Of a stretch of DNA of 60,347 bases, positions 9,901 to 20,093 are shown piece after piece. Position 1 is the stretch's first letter, and every line of letters begins with the position of its first letter. Origin of the DNA: a virus (lineage: Duplodnaviria; Caudoviricetes). The DNA is taken from positions 1 through 60,347 of IMG/VR virus record IMGVR_UViG_3300046777_000773, one strand, 5' to 3'. The notes below the pieces were generated by a model. The model saw only the letters and a list, made by a program, of their open reading frames with translations, ran no database searches and was not told the origin of the DNA. The position numbers and the translations under genes were made by a program.

Positions 9901-10800
9901 ATGGCTGAACCTTCCCAAGATCCCCTCGGTCCCCTCCGCGCATTGCTTCAGCAATTCACGGGCGGTGGTGGAATGGCTGCCCCTCGGCAAGGACCCGCTC
10001 CAGCGCCTGCACAGCAAGCTGCTCCCGCTCCGACGGTTCCCGCTGTTACGGCTGGATCTGCCAGTGCCACGCCTCCTCCTGAACGAACCCTCCTTGAAAG
10101 GTTGCGTGAGTCCGTAGCGGAGACTGCGACGCCGAGCATGAGTTCCGCTGATAGCTTGGCGGCATTTGCTGCGGGCATGGGCGGTCCTCGGCGCCAAGGC
10201 TTTGTACAAGATTTGCTCGCGGGCATCCAGGCTCAGAACCAATTCGAAGCTGGGCGGCGCGGCGAAATGCGTCAGTCCATCGAAGCTCAAGCTCGCCTCG
10301 CCGAACAAGAACGCAAAGCCGCAATGGAGAAGGCCAAGTTCGCTGAAGAAACTACGCCGGGCACTCTCACGGGCCGCCTTACCGAAGCACGTATCCGCCA
10401 AGCTGATGCTGCTGCTGCCCAAGCCGGTAGGCCAAATCTTCAAATCGTAGGTACGGACGAAGCCACCGGATATGCGATTGCTATGGACCCTAGAACCGGG
10501 GAAACACGCGTATTGTCTGGCGTTCGCCCCACTCGTTCTGAAATAGCAGCCAATGCCGCCGAAGAACGCATTCGTGGACGGGCTTTGTCAAATGCGGCTA
10601 GGGCTGTCGACGAAGAAATGAAATTGAATCCTACGCTTAATCGTGAAAATCGCATCCGCCAATTGTTCCCTGTCTACTTAGAGTTGGCTCGCAGCGAAGA
10701 AAGGGCTGCGTCAGGTGGTGGTGGTGGTAGTCGTTTACCCACTGCTCCTACTGAATCAAATCCTCCTCCGCAACGTATGCAATATCAGCCGCCCCGCTAA
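9901..10800 (+). CDS. Internal virion / ejection protein
   Basis: Helical Ala/Gln-rich; between two ejection-like genes. Confidence 0.55.
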   Translation: MAEPSQDPLGPLRALLQQFTGGGGMAAPRQGPAPAPAQQAAPAPTVPAVTAGSASATPPPERTLLERLRESVAETATPSMSSADSLAAFAAGMGGPRRQGFVQDLLAGIQAQNQFEAGRRGEMRQSIEAQARLAEQERKAAMEKAKFAEETTPGTLTGRLTEARIRQADAAAAQAGRPNLQIVGTDEATGYAIAMDPRTGETRVLSGVRPTRSEIAANAAEERIRGRALSNAARAVDEEMKLNPTLNRENRIRQLFPVYLELARSEERAASGGGGGSRLPTAPTESNPPPQRMQYQPPR

Positions 10801-13800
10801 TGAGTGGTAATTTTGAATTTGAACTGCCTGACGGGCGCGTAATTCTAGTAGAGGGTGCGCCCTCAGCAGAAGCCGCCAAAGAGTTCATGGATGCCCAGTG
10901 GCCTACATTGCGCCGCCAGACGCCTATCCGTGGTTTTGGTGGTAGTGCCAATGAACAATTCTGGAGCCAGCTTGCTGGATTGCCGGGCGCTGCTGAAGCC
11001 GTTGCTGCTGCGGTCAATGCCCCCGAAGCCCGTGACTATCTACGCAGTGTCAGCGAAGGTATCAATGTACCAAATGACCCGCGCACCCGTCCTCCCGAAC
11101 TAAGTGATCTTGTAAGCAGCCGTGCCGTCGCCGCTGTCAAAGCTTACGCAGGGCAAGCTGCCGGGTCAATCGCAGGCATGGTCCCCGGTGCTGTCGCTGG
11201 CGCTGGTGCTGGTTTTCTTGTAGGTGGTCCTGCCGGGGCGGCGGCTGGTGCGCGTATTGCAGCAGGCGGTCAAGCTGCCTTAAGCGGTGTCAGTGAACTT
11301 TATCGCGGCCTCGTTGATGAGGGCGTTGATCCCACCGTTGCAGGCCGCATTGCTATTCCAGTGGGCGCAGCCATCAGCCGTATCGAAAACCGCTATGTCG
11401 AACAGGCCCTTGCTCGCTCGCTTGGTGGTCAGGTATCACAGGACGCAATCGGTCGCCTTGCCCAACGAGTTGTAGGCGGACGTGCGGGTGGCATTCGTCA
11501 AACTGCCGTGGGCGGCGCTGCTTCTGAAATGGCCGGTGAAGCTCTCCGTGAAACAACGCGCGGCGTAGTAACTGGTGAAGCCAATCTACCCGAGCGTCTT
11601 TCGCGCGTAGCTGAAGCAGGCATCGTCGGTACGCTCGGCGGCGCAGGCGTCGGTGCAGCTACACGCATGGCAGGTGGTGCGCCGCCCTCTATTCCAGAAG
11701 GCCAACAAGCCACCCCCGCGCAACCTACAGTTGAACAGGAGCCCGCGCCTACAACCGAAGCCGCGCCCGCGCCGGAAGCTGTTGCACCCGAAGTTGCGCC
11801 TGCACCTGCACCCGCATCGACGCCCGAAGCCGTAGCGCCCACACCTACACCTACGCCCGCGACTGCTGTTCAGCCAGAAGTAACACAGGCCCCCGTCACG
11901 GAAGCTGCCGCTCCTGCACCCGAGGCTCCCCCTCAAACTACACGGGAAGCCGCACCCGCGACTGGTGAAACGGCGGGGCCCGGTATCATTGCCAATCGCC
12001 ATATCGGTAACGTCATTACAGAAATGACCGCCGACGGCTTTACGACAGCGAAGGGCAGCACCTACCAGATCAACGAACAAGGCCAAACTATCCGCACGAA
12101 GTTGTCGCCGGGCAGAGGCCAAGGTACTACTTACGAACCACACAATGCCCTCTATGTGACACCTCAAGATTCTCTTGACTTGCTGACAGATATGCAGGGT
12201 GGCGGCAAGTACCGCTTTGTCGTCAATACTCCCAACGGCCCGCAAGTGTTGGGTCCTGATGAAGTTATCGGAGATCGCCAAGCCGCTATTGCAGTATTCA
12301 ATCCAAGCGGCAGTTTCGATAGGTTCATCAACGCAGAAAAGACGCCTGCCGTTGGCTTGGCTCCAGTTGAATTGCGCTACGATACTGGCCAGACCGAAGC
12401 TGCACCCGCACCCGCACCCGAAGCCGCTGCACCCGCACCTGCGCCTCAGATTACGCCTGAGCAAGAGCAGGGACTCTGGAGGGGCTACAGCCTGAACGCC
12501 GGGCCGGAAGCGCAGAGCCCTATCGTCCAGGCTGCCCGTGATGTTGCGAGCCAGCGTCAACGCCCCTTCACGCGGCCTGAATTTGCTGAGTTCGCGAATG
12601 CTGTTGCAAGTGCCCCTACCCCCGACGCACAGCAGGCAGTGTTACAGAATTACAGCGCACTGCGCCAAGCTCCTACTGCCGACCAAGTCACTCCTGCTGA
12701 AGCCGTCGGTGCGCCGCGCGGTACGCCACAGATGACAGAGCCCGAACGGCAACAAATCAAGGAGCAGATTGACGAGCCTATCATCGGGTCCGTGTTAAAT
12801 TTCTTTGCTTCGCCCATCCTGACTTTGACTAGATTGTCGCGGGCATTCGCGCCGGTACGTACAGCCTTCATGAAATTTACAGCACTGGACAACTTCTATA
12901 AGACAGCGGCGGCAGCTTCTCACAAATCCTTGAACAGCCTAAGCGACGCTTCCAAGCAGAAAGTTATCTTGGGACTGGACAGAGCCCGCCGCGAACGCAA
13001 AGAAATAAACCAAGCAGATTATACTGCTGAAGAACTGAATGCTATCCGTGACTTCCGTTCGCACATGAATTTCATTTACAACAATGCCATTGAAGCGGTA
13101 GCACGCAAGTACTTTGACCCGGCGCTTGCGACTGATCCTGCTCAACGCACCAAGCTGCAAGCCCTGCAAGACAAGCATATGGGCAAGTTCCTTACTGAGA
13201 TTCCAGCGGCAGAACTCAACGCCGTATCGCCTGAAGGAAGCGCGCTTGTAGAAAAGTACAAGGCTGCTCGCGACCCGTTCTTCTTCCCGCAGCGCACATC
13301 AGGTTCCCACTTTGTTGCTGCTTACGAACGCTTGCCGAACGGCAAAAAGAAGTTGGTTGCCCTCTACGGTTACAATCCGTTACGCCCGTGGCAGCGCGCC
13401 CGTGGTTTTGAAAACCCTGAGACTACAGCGATCCGCAAGCTGCGTGAAGAATTTCCTGACGCTAACACCCACTACGTCATGACATCTGGCGTCAAGTTCA
13501 AAAACGACGAGCAGGCTTTCAACTTGAAGCGTGACGGGGATTTCATCAACAAGTACCTCGATAGCTTGCGGGATGTCAGCGGCAAGGAAGGTCGCGAGAT
13601 TATTGACCGCATGTCAGCAGAAATCAAGAAGGCTAACATAGACTCTTTGTTCAAGCCTTACAATGGTATCTTGCGTGCAGTTACACCCGAGAACGCCGTG
13701 GAGTATGCCAGCAACTATTTGCCTGCGTATTACTTGACGGCGGGTCGTCTCAACGCGCGGCTCTACAGCCAAGAAGATTTCGACCAAGCATTCAAGCCGC

Positions 13801-15968
13801 TACGCCCCGAGAACCGCGAACTATTTGAGGGTGTTCTGGCTAACGGAACCGCGCCCGTCGAAGCTTACGGTACGGCACAGACCTTCGTATTCTTTCAGTA
13901 TCTTGGGTTTGCCTTAGATACTGCGGCAGTTAGCGGCCTGCAAATTCCCACCTCAGTGGCGCCTCGCCTAGGACGCGATGGTGGTGTCGCACGTGGATCA
14001 AAGTATTTAACTGAGGCACTGGCCGACTCTCTTTTTGACAAGGCTATTTTCAGCGTCCTCAAGTCTGACCAAGCTTATGCCAAAGCCATCGCCGATAAGC
14101 AAATCCGCAAAGACGAAGCTGACGCTTTGAGGCGCGCTATCCAGCGGGGTGTCTTTGTTCCCACATCGGCTTTCCGTATGCAAGGTAGCGTTTCGGCTGC
14201 TGATGTGCGGGCTGCTGGTATAGCCGACAAGGACGCCGTCAAGTTTGCCAATGGCGTCAACACCGTCGTGGATCTAGCCGGGCGCCCTCTTGCAGCCATC
14301 GAAGAGTTCGGGCGCTCCAGCACATTCATGGCTGCCTATCGGATGGCGCGCGACAATCCAAGCGTAATCGAGCAAGCCAATCGCTATGACAATACCAACT
14401 ACAAGAACGCCGAAGATTATGCGGCAGGTGTAGTATTCGACACTTGGTACACGGGGTCTAGGCTAGACGATCCGGGTTTCCTTCGGCAATTCCCTATCCT
14501 TAATTTGGCTACGCAGTTCATGCGCCCGGTCTTTAAATTTACTGAGACGGTATTGCGCGATGCCACCAAAACTCTGAAAGCTATGGCAGCACGCGACTTG
14601 ACTATGGCTCGCATTGGTGCTATATCTGTGTTCGGCTCCCTAGCTCCGCTTGTTTTATTGGGCGGCATTTGGGCGCTTCCGTTTGCTGACCTTAGTCGCG
14701 AACTGCTTGAGCGCATGCTTAAGACGTTCTTTGACAATCCGTTGGATCTGCGCCTAGAACTGGACCGCGCGATGGGCGGTGGCTACCTGGGCGAGGCTGC
14801 AAACTATGGCTTGCCTTCCGCCTCTAATATCGCCAACCTCTCTAAGCGTATTGCCGTCGACCCGGTTCCCTCCGACACCCTGTTCAGTTGGAGTACGCTT
14901 GCGCTCTTTGGGCCGGGCGGCGATCTGCTCCAGCGCATTCCCAAAACGTATGAGCATTGGAAGCGCGGCGAATACTGGGAAGCTGCGGCTTCCTTCCCCT
15001 TCACTCCGCGCGTAGCTGGCAATGCGATCAAAGGCACGCAGCTTGCTGTTGCCGAAGAGCAATTCACTCAGGCCGGTACACGCTTCATAACGCCCGAACT
15101 GCTAGAGCGTGTGGACAGCAGGCTTGCTGTGCCTTCCAGCGTACGTCAGGCTCTCGGCTTCCCGGCTCCTGAACTAGCCAATGAGCGTGAGTTGTATCGT
15201 CGCCAAAAGGTCATCGACGACGCTACTGATGAAGCCACTAAGTCCATTAACATGGAACTGTCTCGGTTCTACTTGCGCGCTATAGAAGCCCAACGGAACG
15301 GCAACATGGATGAAGCTTACCGGCAGGTTGCTGCTTTGCAAAAGCGTTATGTAGAATTTATTGCCGAACAGCAATCAAAACCCCTCCATCTGCGGGTGAT
15401 TCCTAATATAGACTCGGCACGTGAGCGCGCTCGGCAAGACTTGTTTGGTCGCAGTAGTAATCAAATCCTTCTTGAGGAAACGCGCCGCCAAGCTCGCCCT
15501 GCCCTGCTGCCAATCCTCGAAGAGATGCGTTGGCGCGACCGTCCCGGCTTCGCCGAAGGCGGTGAGGTGCGAGGCGAAGAGAGGTTTCCAGTTAGGCAGC
15601 CATATGAAAGTGAACTGGAGTTTTTTGAAAAGAACCCGAATGTCACGGGTATGGCTGCCGAGGATGGCAAGGTAATCCTGAATCCCTATTCAGATCTATC
15701 GGAACAAGAACGGGAAGCAGTGGTTCTCAATGAACGGGCTAGGCTGGCGATTCGTGAAGGTCTCGTCCCGCCTCCTAACTTTGTGCTGACCCCTGAGCAA
15801 ATGGCAGTCTTTAGCCGTATCAACAATGGGCGCCCTTATGGCAATCCTCAAGTCATTAAGGAAACCTTAGCAGCCCGTATACTGTCAGGTGATCCGTCTG
15901 CTCAAAAGCCTACCCGCGCTCAATTAGAATACGTAGAAGAGTTGCGCCAGGCTCTTAGCGCGCCTTAA
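10800..15968 (+). CDS. Very large internal virion (ejection, polyvalent-like) protein
   Basis: 1722 aa; Gly/Ala hydrophobic N-region, Pro/Ala/Glu linkers, helical body, C-terminal domain after FAEGG. Confidence 0.7.
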   Translation: MSGNFEFELPDGRVILVEGAPSAEAAKEFMDAQWPTLRRQTPIRGFGGSANEQFWSQLAGLPGAAEAVAAAVNAPEARDYLRSVSEGINVPNDPRTRPPELSDLVSSRAVAAVKAYAGQAAGSIAGMVPGAVAGAGAGFLVGGPAGAAAGARIAAGGQAALSGVSELYRGLVDEGVDPTVAGRIAIPVGAAISRIENRYVEQALARSLGGQVSQDAIGRLAQRVVGGRAGGIRQTAVGGAASEMAGEALRETTRGVVTGEANLPERLSRVAEAGIVGTLGGAGVGAATRMAGGAPPSIPEGQQATPAQPTVEQEPAPTTEAAPAPEAVAPEVAPAPAPASTPEAVAPTPTPTPATAVQPEVTQAPVTEAAAPAPEAPPQTTREAAPATGETAGPGIIANRHIGNVITEMTADGFTTAKGSTYQINEQGQTIRTKLSPGRGQGTTYEPHNALYVTPQDSLDLLTDMQGGGKYRFVVNTPNGPQVLGPDEVIGDRQAAIAVFNPSGSFDRFINAEKTPAVGLAPVELRYDTGQTEAAPAPAPEAAAPAPAPQITPEQEQGLWRGYSLNAGPEAQSPIVQAARDVASQRQRPFTRPEFAEFANAVASAPTPDAQQAVLQNYSALRQAPTADQVTPAEAVGAPRGTPQMTEPERQQIKEQIDEPIIGSVLNFFASPILTLTRLSRAFAPVRTAFMKFTALDNFYKTAAAASHKSLNSLSDASKQKVILGLDRARRERKEINQADYTAEELNAIRDFRSHMNFIYNNAIEAVARKYFDPALATDPAQRTKLQALQDKHMGKFLTEIPAAELNAVSPEGSALVEKYKAARDPFFFPQRTSGSHFVAAYERLPNGKKKLVALYGYNPLRPWQRARGFENPETTAIRKLREEFPDANTHYVMTSGVKFKNDEQAFNLKRDGDFINKYLDSLRDVSGKEGREIIDRMSAEIKKANIDSLFKPYNGILRAVTPENAVEYASNYLPAYYLTAGRLNARLYSQEDFDQAFKPLRPENRELFEGVLANGTAPVEAYGTAQTFVFFQYLGFALDTAAVSGLQIPTSVAPRLGRDGGVARGSKYLTEALADSLFDKAIFSVLKSDQAYAKAIADKQIRKDEADALRRAIQRGVFVPTSAFRMQGSVSAADVRAAGIADKDAVKFANGVNTVVDLAGRPLAAIEEFGRSSTFMAAYRMARDNPSVIEQANRYDNTNYKNAEDYAAGVVFDTWYTGSRLDDPGFLRQFPILNLATQFMRPVFKFTETVLRDATKTLKAMAARDLTMARIGAISVFGSLAPLVLLGGIWALPFADLSRELLERMLKTFFDNPLDLRLELDRAMGGGYLGEAANYGLPSASNIANLSKRIAVDPVPSDTLFSWSTLALFGPGGDLLQRIPKTYEHWKRGEYWEAAASFPFTPRVAGNAIKGTQLAVAEEQFTQAGTRFITPELLERVDSRLAVPSSVRQALGFPAPELANERELYRRQKVIDDATDEATKSINMELSRFYLRAIEAQRNGNMDEAYRQVAALQKRYVEFIAEQQSKPLHLRVIPNIDSARERARQDLFGRSSNQILLEETRRQARPALLPILEEMRWRDRPGFAEGGEVRGEERFPVRQPYESELEFFEKNPNVTGMAAEDGKVILNPYSDLSEQEREAVVLNERARLAIREGLVPPPNFVLTPEQMAVFSRINNGRPYGNPQVIKETLAARILSGDPSAQKPTRAQLEYVEELRQALSAP

Positions 15969-15975
15969 TAAATTC

Positions 15976-16004
15976 TTGACAAGTTGCAAGCCTTCAGGTA
16001 TGCT
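15976..16004 (+). promoter_or_regulatory. Sigma70 promoter, probably leaderless transcript
   Basis: TTGACA-N17-TATGCT, then 6 nt to ATG 16011. Confidence 0.7.
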
Positions 16005-16010
16005 GAGGGC

Positions 16011-16781
16011 ATGTCTAAGTTTGCCTACTACATTGGCGTGGACCACCGAGAGCCGGACGCACTGCGAGTTACCGAGGCGTCTGTCCGTGCTTACGCCAGC
16101 AAGCCCATTGAAGTCAAGCACCTAGAACACATTGAACTGCGACGCCGACAACTATTTGATCGGCCCTGGCGCGTCAACGAAGACGGTACATATACTGACG
16201 AACGGGACGGCAAACCATTTAGCGTACAGTTCTCGCATACCCGCTTCCTGACTCCGGTCGTGGCCAAGCTCGACGGCGTCACTGACTGGGCGCTCTTCAC
16301 AGATTGCGATTGGCTGTGGCTCGACGACATTCACAAGCTGCTGCAAGAAGCTGACTCCTCTAAGACGGTCATGGTTGTACCACACCGCTTCGAGCCTGAC
16401 AAGTCCACAAAGATGGATGGCCAAGTACAATCGCGTTACAAGCGTAAAATGTGGTCAGCCCTGATGCTGTGGAATATGAAGTCCAACAAGCTGCCCACCG
16501 TCGAGATGGTGAACGAAGCCACCGGCAACCACCTCCACACCTTCGGCTGGCTGAACGATTCCGACATCGGCTACCTCTCTGAGTCGTGGCATTGGATTCC
16601 CAACTACAGCCCGACCACCGAAGCTGCCCAAGACTCTGAGATGCGGGGCAAGACCGTTCCCGTCAACGCAGTCCACTTCACCTTCGGGCCTCCTGTCGAC
16701 GGCATGATCGACCGCGAACCCACACCCTTTGACAATTTTTGGCATAACGAACTGACGGACGCTTACCACAATGCACGCTAA
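16011..16781 (+). CDS. Glycosyltransferase (GT-A, GT8-like)
   Basis: YIGVDHRE, FSHTRFLTP, ALFTDCDWL (DxD), RKMWSALMLWN, VHFTFGPP. Confidence 0.85.
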   Translation: MSKFAYYIGVDHREPDALRVTEASVRAYASKPIEVKHLEHIELRRRQLFDRPWRVNEDGTYTDERDGKPFSVQFSHTRFLTPVVAKLDGVTDWALFTDCDWLWLDDIHKLLQEADSSKTVMVVPHRFEPDKSTKMDGQVQSRYKRKMWSALMLWNMKSNKLPTVEMVNEATGNHLHTFGWLNDSDIGYLSESWHWIPNYSPTTEAAQDSEMRGKTVPVNAVHFTFGPPVDGMIDREPTPFDNFWHNELTDAYHNAR

Positions 16782-18915
16782 AATCGTAACGACCTTGGGG
16801 CCGGGCGGCTGGGAAACCTATGGTCGCCGCTTCGTCGAATCCTTCATCAAGTTCTGGCCCTCCGAAATGCGTCTCGAAGTGTGGCACCACGATGTCACGG
16901 GCGACTTCCCTGCCTACGACCGTGTCACCTTCCACGCTCTTGAGAAGACGGCCTCCTTCCAGAAGCTGAAAGCCAAGCTGGGCACCCAAGCCAAAGACGG
17001 GCCGACCCTCCAGTATTGCTTCAAGGCTGTGGCTCTTGCCTCTGCTGTAACGCCGGACCTCGACTGGATCGCCTTCATTGACGCCGACACCGAGACCATG
17101 CGGCACGTGGACAGCCAGCTTCTCGATCAGCTTTTCGATGACAAAGTCCACCTGACGTACCTCTATAGGCGTTCGGTTGCGGAAAGCGAAGGCTCGTGGT
17201 TTGCATTCAATGTGGCCACTGTCAAGGGCGCCTCACTACTGGCTGACTACTGGGGTCTCTACGATTCCTTCGAAGCATTCCACTACAAGAAGGCCCATGA
17301 CAACGCGATCCTCGATAGGCTGGTAGTTCTGCACAAGGCGCACGGGCTTCTCGTGAAGGACCTGTCTCCGGGCGCTCTCGGGCTGGACGCATTCCACCAG
17401 TCCCCGCTTGGTGCGTACATGATCCACTACAAGGGGCCGGACAAGCAGACCATCGCCAACCCGGCACTCGGCGCACCCGCCCGCTACGAAACGCTTTGTG
17501 AATTGCTGACTGCTTCCATCAAGGCAACCGGCAAAGCAAACATCGTCGAGGTCGGCACATGGAACGGCAGCCGCGCTATCCAGATGGCCGAAGCTGCCTT
17601 TGCTGCGGGCGCCACTCAAGTGTCCTATGTCGGCTTCGACACCTTCGAGGATGGCAACGACCGCACCCATGAGGGTCACACCAAACCCCATGCCAATTCG
17701 TGGATGGTAGGTAATCGCCTAAACAACTATAGCCGCATGATGTCGCGGAAGGGCTTGACTTTTGACTACACTCTGCTAAAGGGTAACACTCTCGAAACCC
17801 TGCCCCGAGCGGGCGAAGTAGTAAAGGAAGCCACGTTCGCCTACATCGACGGCGGCCATTCCTACGACACAACGAACTCGGACTACCAGCATCTGAAGCA
17901 CGTGCCGTTCGTAGTCTTCGATGATGTGATTGCCGAAGAGGAGGACGGAGCGCCCGAGGGTCCGCGCAAGGTGTGGCAGGAAGCCAAAGGGCAGAAGCGC
18001 CTCATCACCAGTGGCGACGGCTACGCGGGTCTGAAGCAAACCATTTCCTTTGGGGTGGTGGTACGCAAGGGCTACCAGATGCCGGAACTTCGGACCCGCA
18101 TCCAAGTGAAGCCTATCGACTCGGTCGACAAGGGCGAGCAGCTACAACACATTGCCGAGAACGCCAAGGCTTTGCAGAAGTGGATTGGCTGCTACCAAGC
18201 CCACAATAAGACGGCTATCTTCGTGAGTGCCGGGCCGACTGTGCCTCAGTTCCTCGAAGAAATCAAACGGAAGCAGGCTGCGGGCGCCACGATCTTCACA
18301 GTCAAGCATGCGTTTCCGATCCTCAAGAAGGCAGGCATCAATCCAGACTGGACAGTCATCTTAGATCCGCGTCCCATTGACGGCAAGTCCACGCACGGTA
18401 TTATCAGGACCGACTTGTTCGCTGATGCGAAGCCCCGCGATAAGTTCCTGTTTGCGACTATGACGCATCCGTCTGTCCGTACCTACCTTGAGGAGAAGGG
18501 CGCTGATCTATACGGCTGGCACGCTCATACGCAAGCTACCGTAGCAGCAAAGCCCGCAGCCTTCGACATGGGCACCGTGGTCATGGGTGGCACCTGCTCC
18601 GCAACCCGGATTCCGATGCTGGCTTTTGTGATGGGCTTCCGTCGCTATGAGTTCTACGGCTACGACTTCTTCTATCCCGAGGACACTAACCAGGGTGATG
18701 TGAAGCAGGCGCTGATGCGCGTGACTTTGGGCGCCGAGCAGAAGTCCTACCTGACCACAGGTGAACTGGTGGCTGCGATGCAGGATCTGGGGCAGTGGAA
18801 CAAGTGGCTGGTGGAGAACCGGATCTCGGTCACGTTCCACGGCGACGGCGCGGGCAAGACTATCTGGGAGCAGACTGTCAGCAACTACACCCCTCCAGAG
18901 GAGTATCCCTTCTGA
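16771..18915 (+). CDS. Fusion: GT-A glycosyltransferase + class I SAM methyltransferase + DUF115/Maf (MptE-like) domain
   Basis: FIDADT (DxD) and HYKG; VEVGTWNG, GFDTF, YIDGGHSY, VFDD; SAGPTV, ILDP, GGTCSATR..GFR...YGYDF. Confidence 0.8.
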   Translation: MHAKIVTTLGPGGWETYGRRFVESFIKFWPSEMRLEVWHHDVTGDFPAYDRVTFHALEKTASFQKLKAKLGTQAKDGPTLQYCFKAVALASAVTPDLDWIAFIDADTETMRHVDSQLLDQLFDDKVHLTYLYRRSVAESEGSWFAFNVATVKGASLLADYWGLYDSFEAFHYKKAHDNAILDRLVVLHKAHGLLVKDLSPGALGLDAFHQSPLGAYMIHYKGPDKQTIANPALGAPARYETLCELLTASIKATGKANIVEVGTWNGSRAIQMAEAAFAAGATQVSYVGFDTFEDGNDRTHEGHTKPHANSWMVGNRLNNYSRMMSRKGLTFDYTLLKGNTLETLPRAGEVVKEATFAYIDGGHSYDTTNSDYQHLKHVPFVVFDDVIAEEEDGAPEGPRKVWQEAKGQKRLITSGDGYAGLKQTISFGVVVRKGYQMPELRTRIQVKPIDSVDKGEQLQHIAENAKALQKWIGCYQAHNKTAIFVSAGPTVPQFLEEIKRKQAAGATIFTVKHAFPILKKAGINPDWTVILDPRPIDGKSTHGIIRTDLFADAKPRDKFLFATMTHPSVRTYLEEKGADLYGWHAHTQATVAAKPAAFDMGTVVMGGTCSATRIPMLAFVMGFRRYEFYGYDFFYPEDTNQGDVKQALMRVTLGAEQKSYLTTGELVAAMQDLGQWNKWLVENRISVTFHGDGAGKTIWEQTVSNYTPPEEYPF

Positions 18916-19085
18916 TGCCGTTAGCTGTAATGCTGATGCTGGTGCAGTTGGGCTGCGCTATGCAACCGTTTCAAACGCCGCGCGGGGAGGGTTTTGTAGT
19001 GTGGGTCTGCCCTCCCGTCTATGATGATGGCTCTAAGCTGCCGGACGAACTACCCGTTCCAACGCCACCACGGCGGCCTACCTGA
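18915..19085 (+). CDS. Small Pro-rich putative lipoprotein
   Basis: TGATG coupling; hydrophobic N-terminus ending LGC. Confidence 0.45.
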   Translation: MPLAVMLMLVQLGCAMQPFQTPRGEGFVVWVCPPVYDDGSKLPDELPVPTPPRRPT

Positions 19086-19329
19086 ATCGTTTTGCGATGT
19101 TGGCTGCGGAGGCGGGTTGCTTTGAGAATTGCTTGCCCGCTTTCGTGGCTTTCTTTTTGGCAGCGGACGAAGCAGCATACGTACTAGCTGGCATAGCCTT
19201 GATCGCAGCTTCTGGAAGGTATCTCTCACCTGTAGCCTCCGGTCCCTGAGTTGACGGCTTACCAGACTTGGTTCGCCATTTCTGTTTTGTCCAATCTACT
19301 AGCGATTGTTGAGTTTTCTTAAGTGCCAT
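19078..19329 (-). CDS. Conserved small basic phage protein
   Basis: QQSLVDWTKQKWRTKSGKPS...GERYLPE. Confidence 0.7.
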   Translation of the reverse strand: MALKKTQQSLVDWTKQKWRTKSGKPSTQGPEATGERYLPEAAIKAMPASTYAASSAAKKKATKAGKQFSKQPASAANIAKRFR

Positions 19330-19783
19330 CGCCGTAGTTTCCTTTTGTTTCTAGGTATTCAGCGGCCCTACGCAAGATTGTAGGACTGTCTTGAAGCATC
19401 CCTATGGCGCGATTGCATTTCTTGCATAGGATTCCTCTGAATTCCCCTGTCTTATGATTGTGATCAATCGCACTATCCATTTGGCTTATGGTTTCGTAGC
19501 AGACTAAACACTTACCCTCTTGAGCTTCATAAGCGGTTACAAATTCAGCGGGCGTAATGTTATACCTAGCACAGCGTTTAACTAATGTCCAAGCATCACG
19601 CCCGCGATATTCTTTAACGCGATCCTGATTATCGGCGCACCATTTTTTATGGGTCGAATAGTGGCAAGTTTTGCACCACGATTTAAGGAGGTGCTTCATG
19701 TTACCACCTCGTGAACGAAACTCCGTTAACGGCTTTTCGATTTCACATTTGGTGCATTGTTTAACTGCGGTAGCCGCCGCCAC
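19319..19783 (-). mobile_element. Free-standing endonuclease VII-family (HNH-type) homing endonuclease gene
   Basis: N-terminal CxxC..CxxC; CLVC...IDHNHKTGEFRGILCKKCNRAIG; AT-richer than flanks. Confidence 0.8.
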
Positions 19784-19943
19784 GAGCTTTATATTCCTTA
19801 GCTAACATAGCCGCTTTTCTGGCGCTCCACTGCCCCGGACGCCCACCTTTCCCGCCAGCTTTGATCTCTTCAAAGAGAGACTTCCGCATGCCGGGTTTGG
19901 TGTAGACGCCCGCTTCGTTTACGCGTGAAGGCGTTTTAGCCAC
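19761..19943 (-). CDS. Conserved small basic phage protein
   Basis: YTKPGMRK...GGRPGQWSARKA.MLAKEYK..GGGY. Confidence 0.7.
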   Translation of the reverse strand: MAKTPSRVNEAGVYTKPGMRKSLFEEIKAGGKGGRPGQWSARKAAMLAKEYKARGGGYRS

Positions 19944-20088
19944 GCTTCATCAGGCAACCGCCCGCCTTCTTACACGCCGCTGGATTGGGGCAGCCCTTGC
20001 AGGGGACCATGCCGCCCTTCTGCATCTTCACGGCCTTCTTCTTGGCGGGCGGTTGACTTACTTGCTTACTGAAGTTGGAGCGCATCAT
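19936..20088 (-). CDS. 50-aa basic Cys4 peptide with GG motif (not in ORF track)
   Basis: Translated by hand: MMRSNFSKQVSQPPAKKKAVKMQKGGMVPCKGCPNPAACKKAGGCLMKRG. Confidence 0.65.
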   Translation of the reverse strand: MMRSNFSKQVSQPPAKKKAVKMQKGGMVPCKGCPNPAACKKAGGCLMKRG

Positions 20089-20093
20089 AACCA

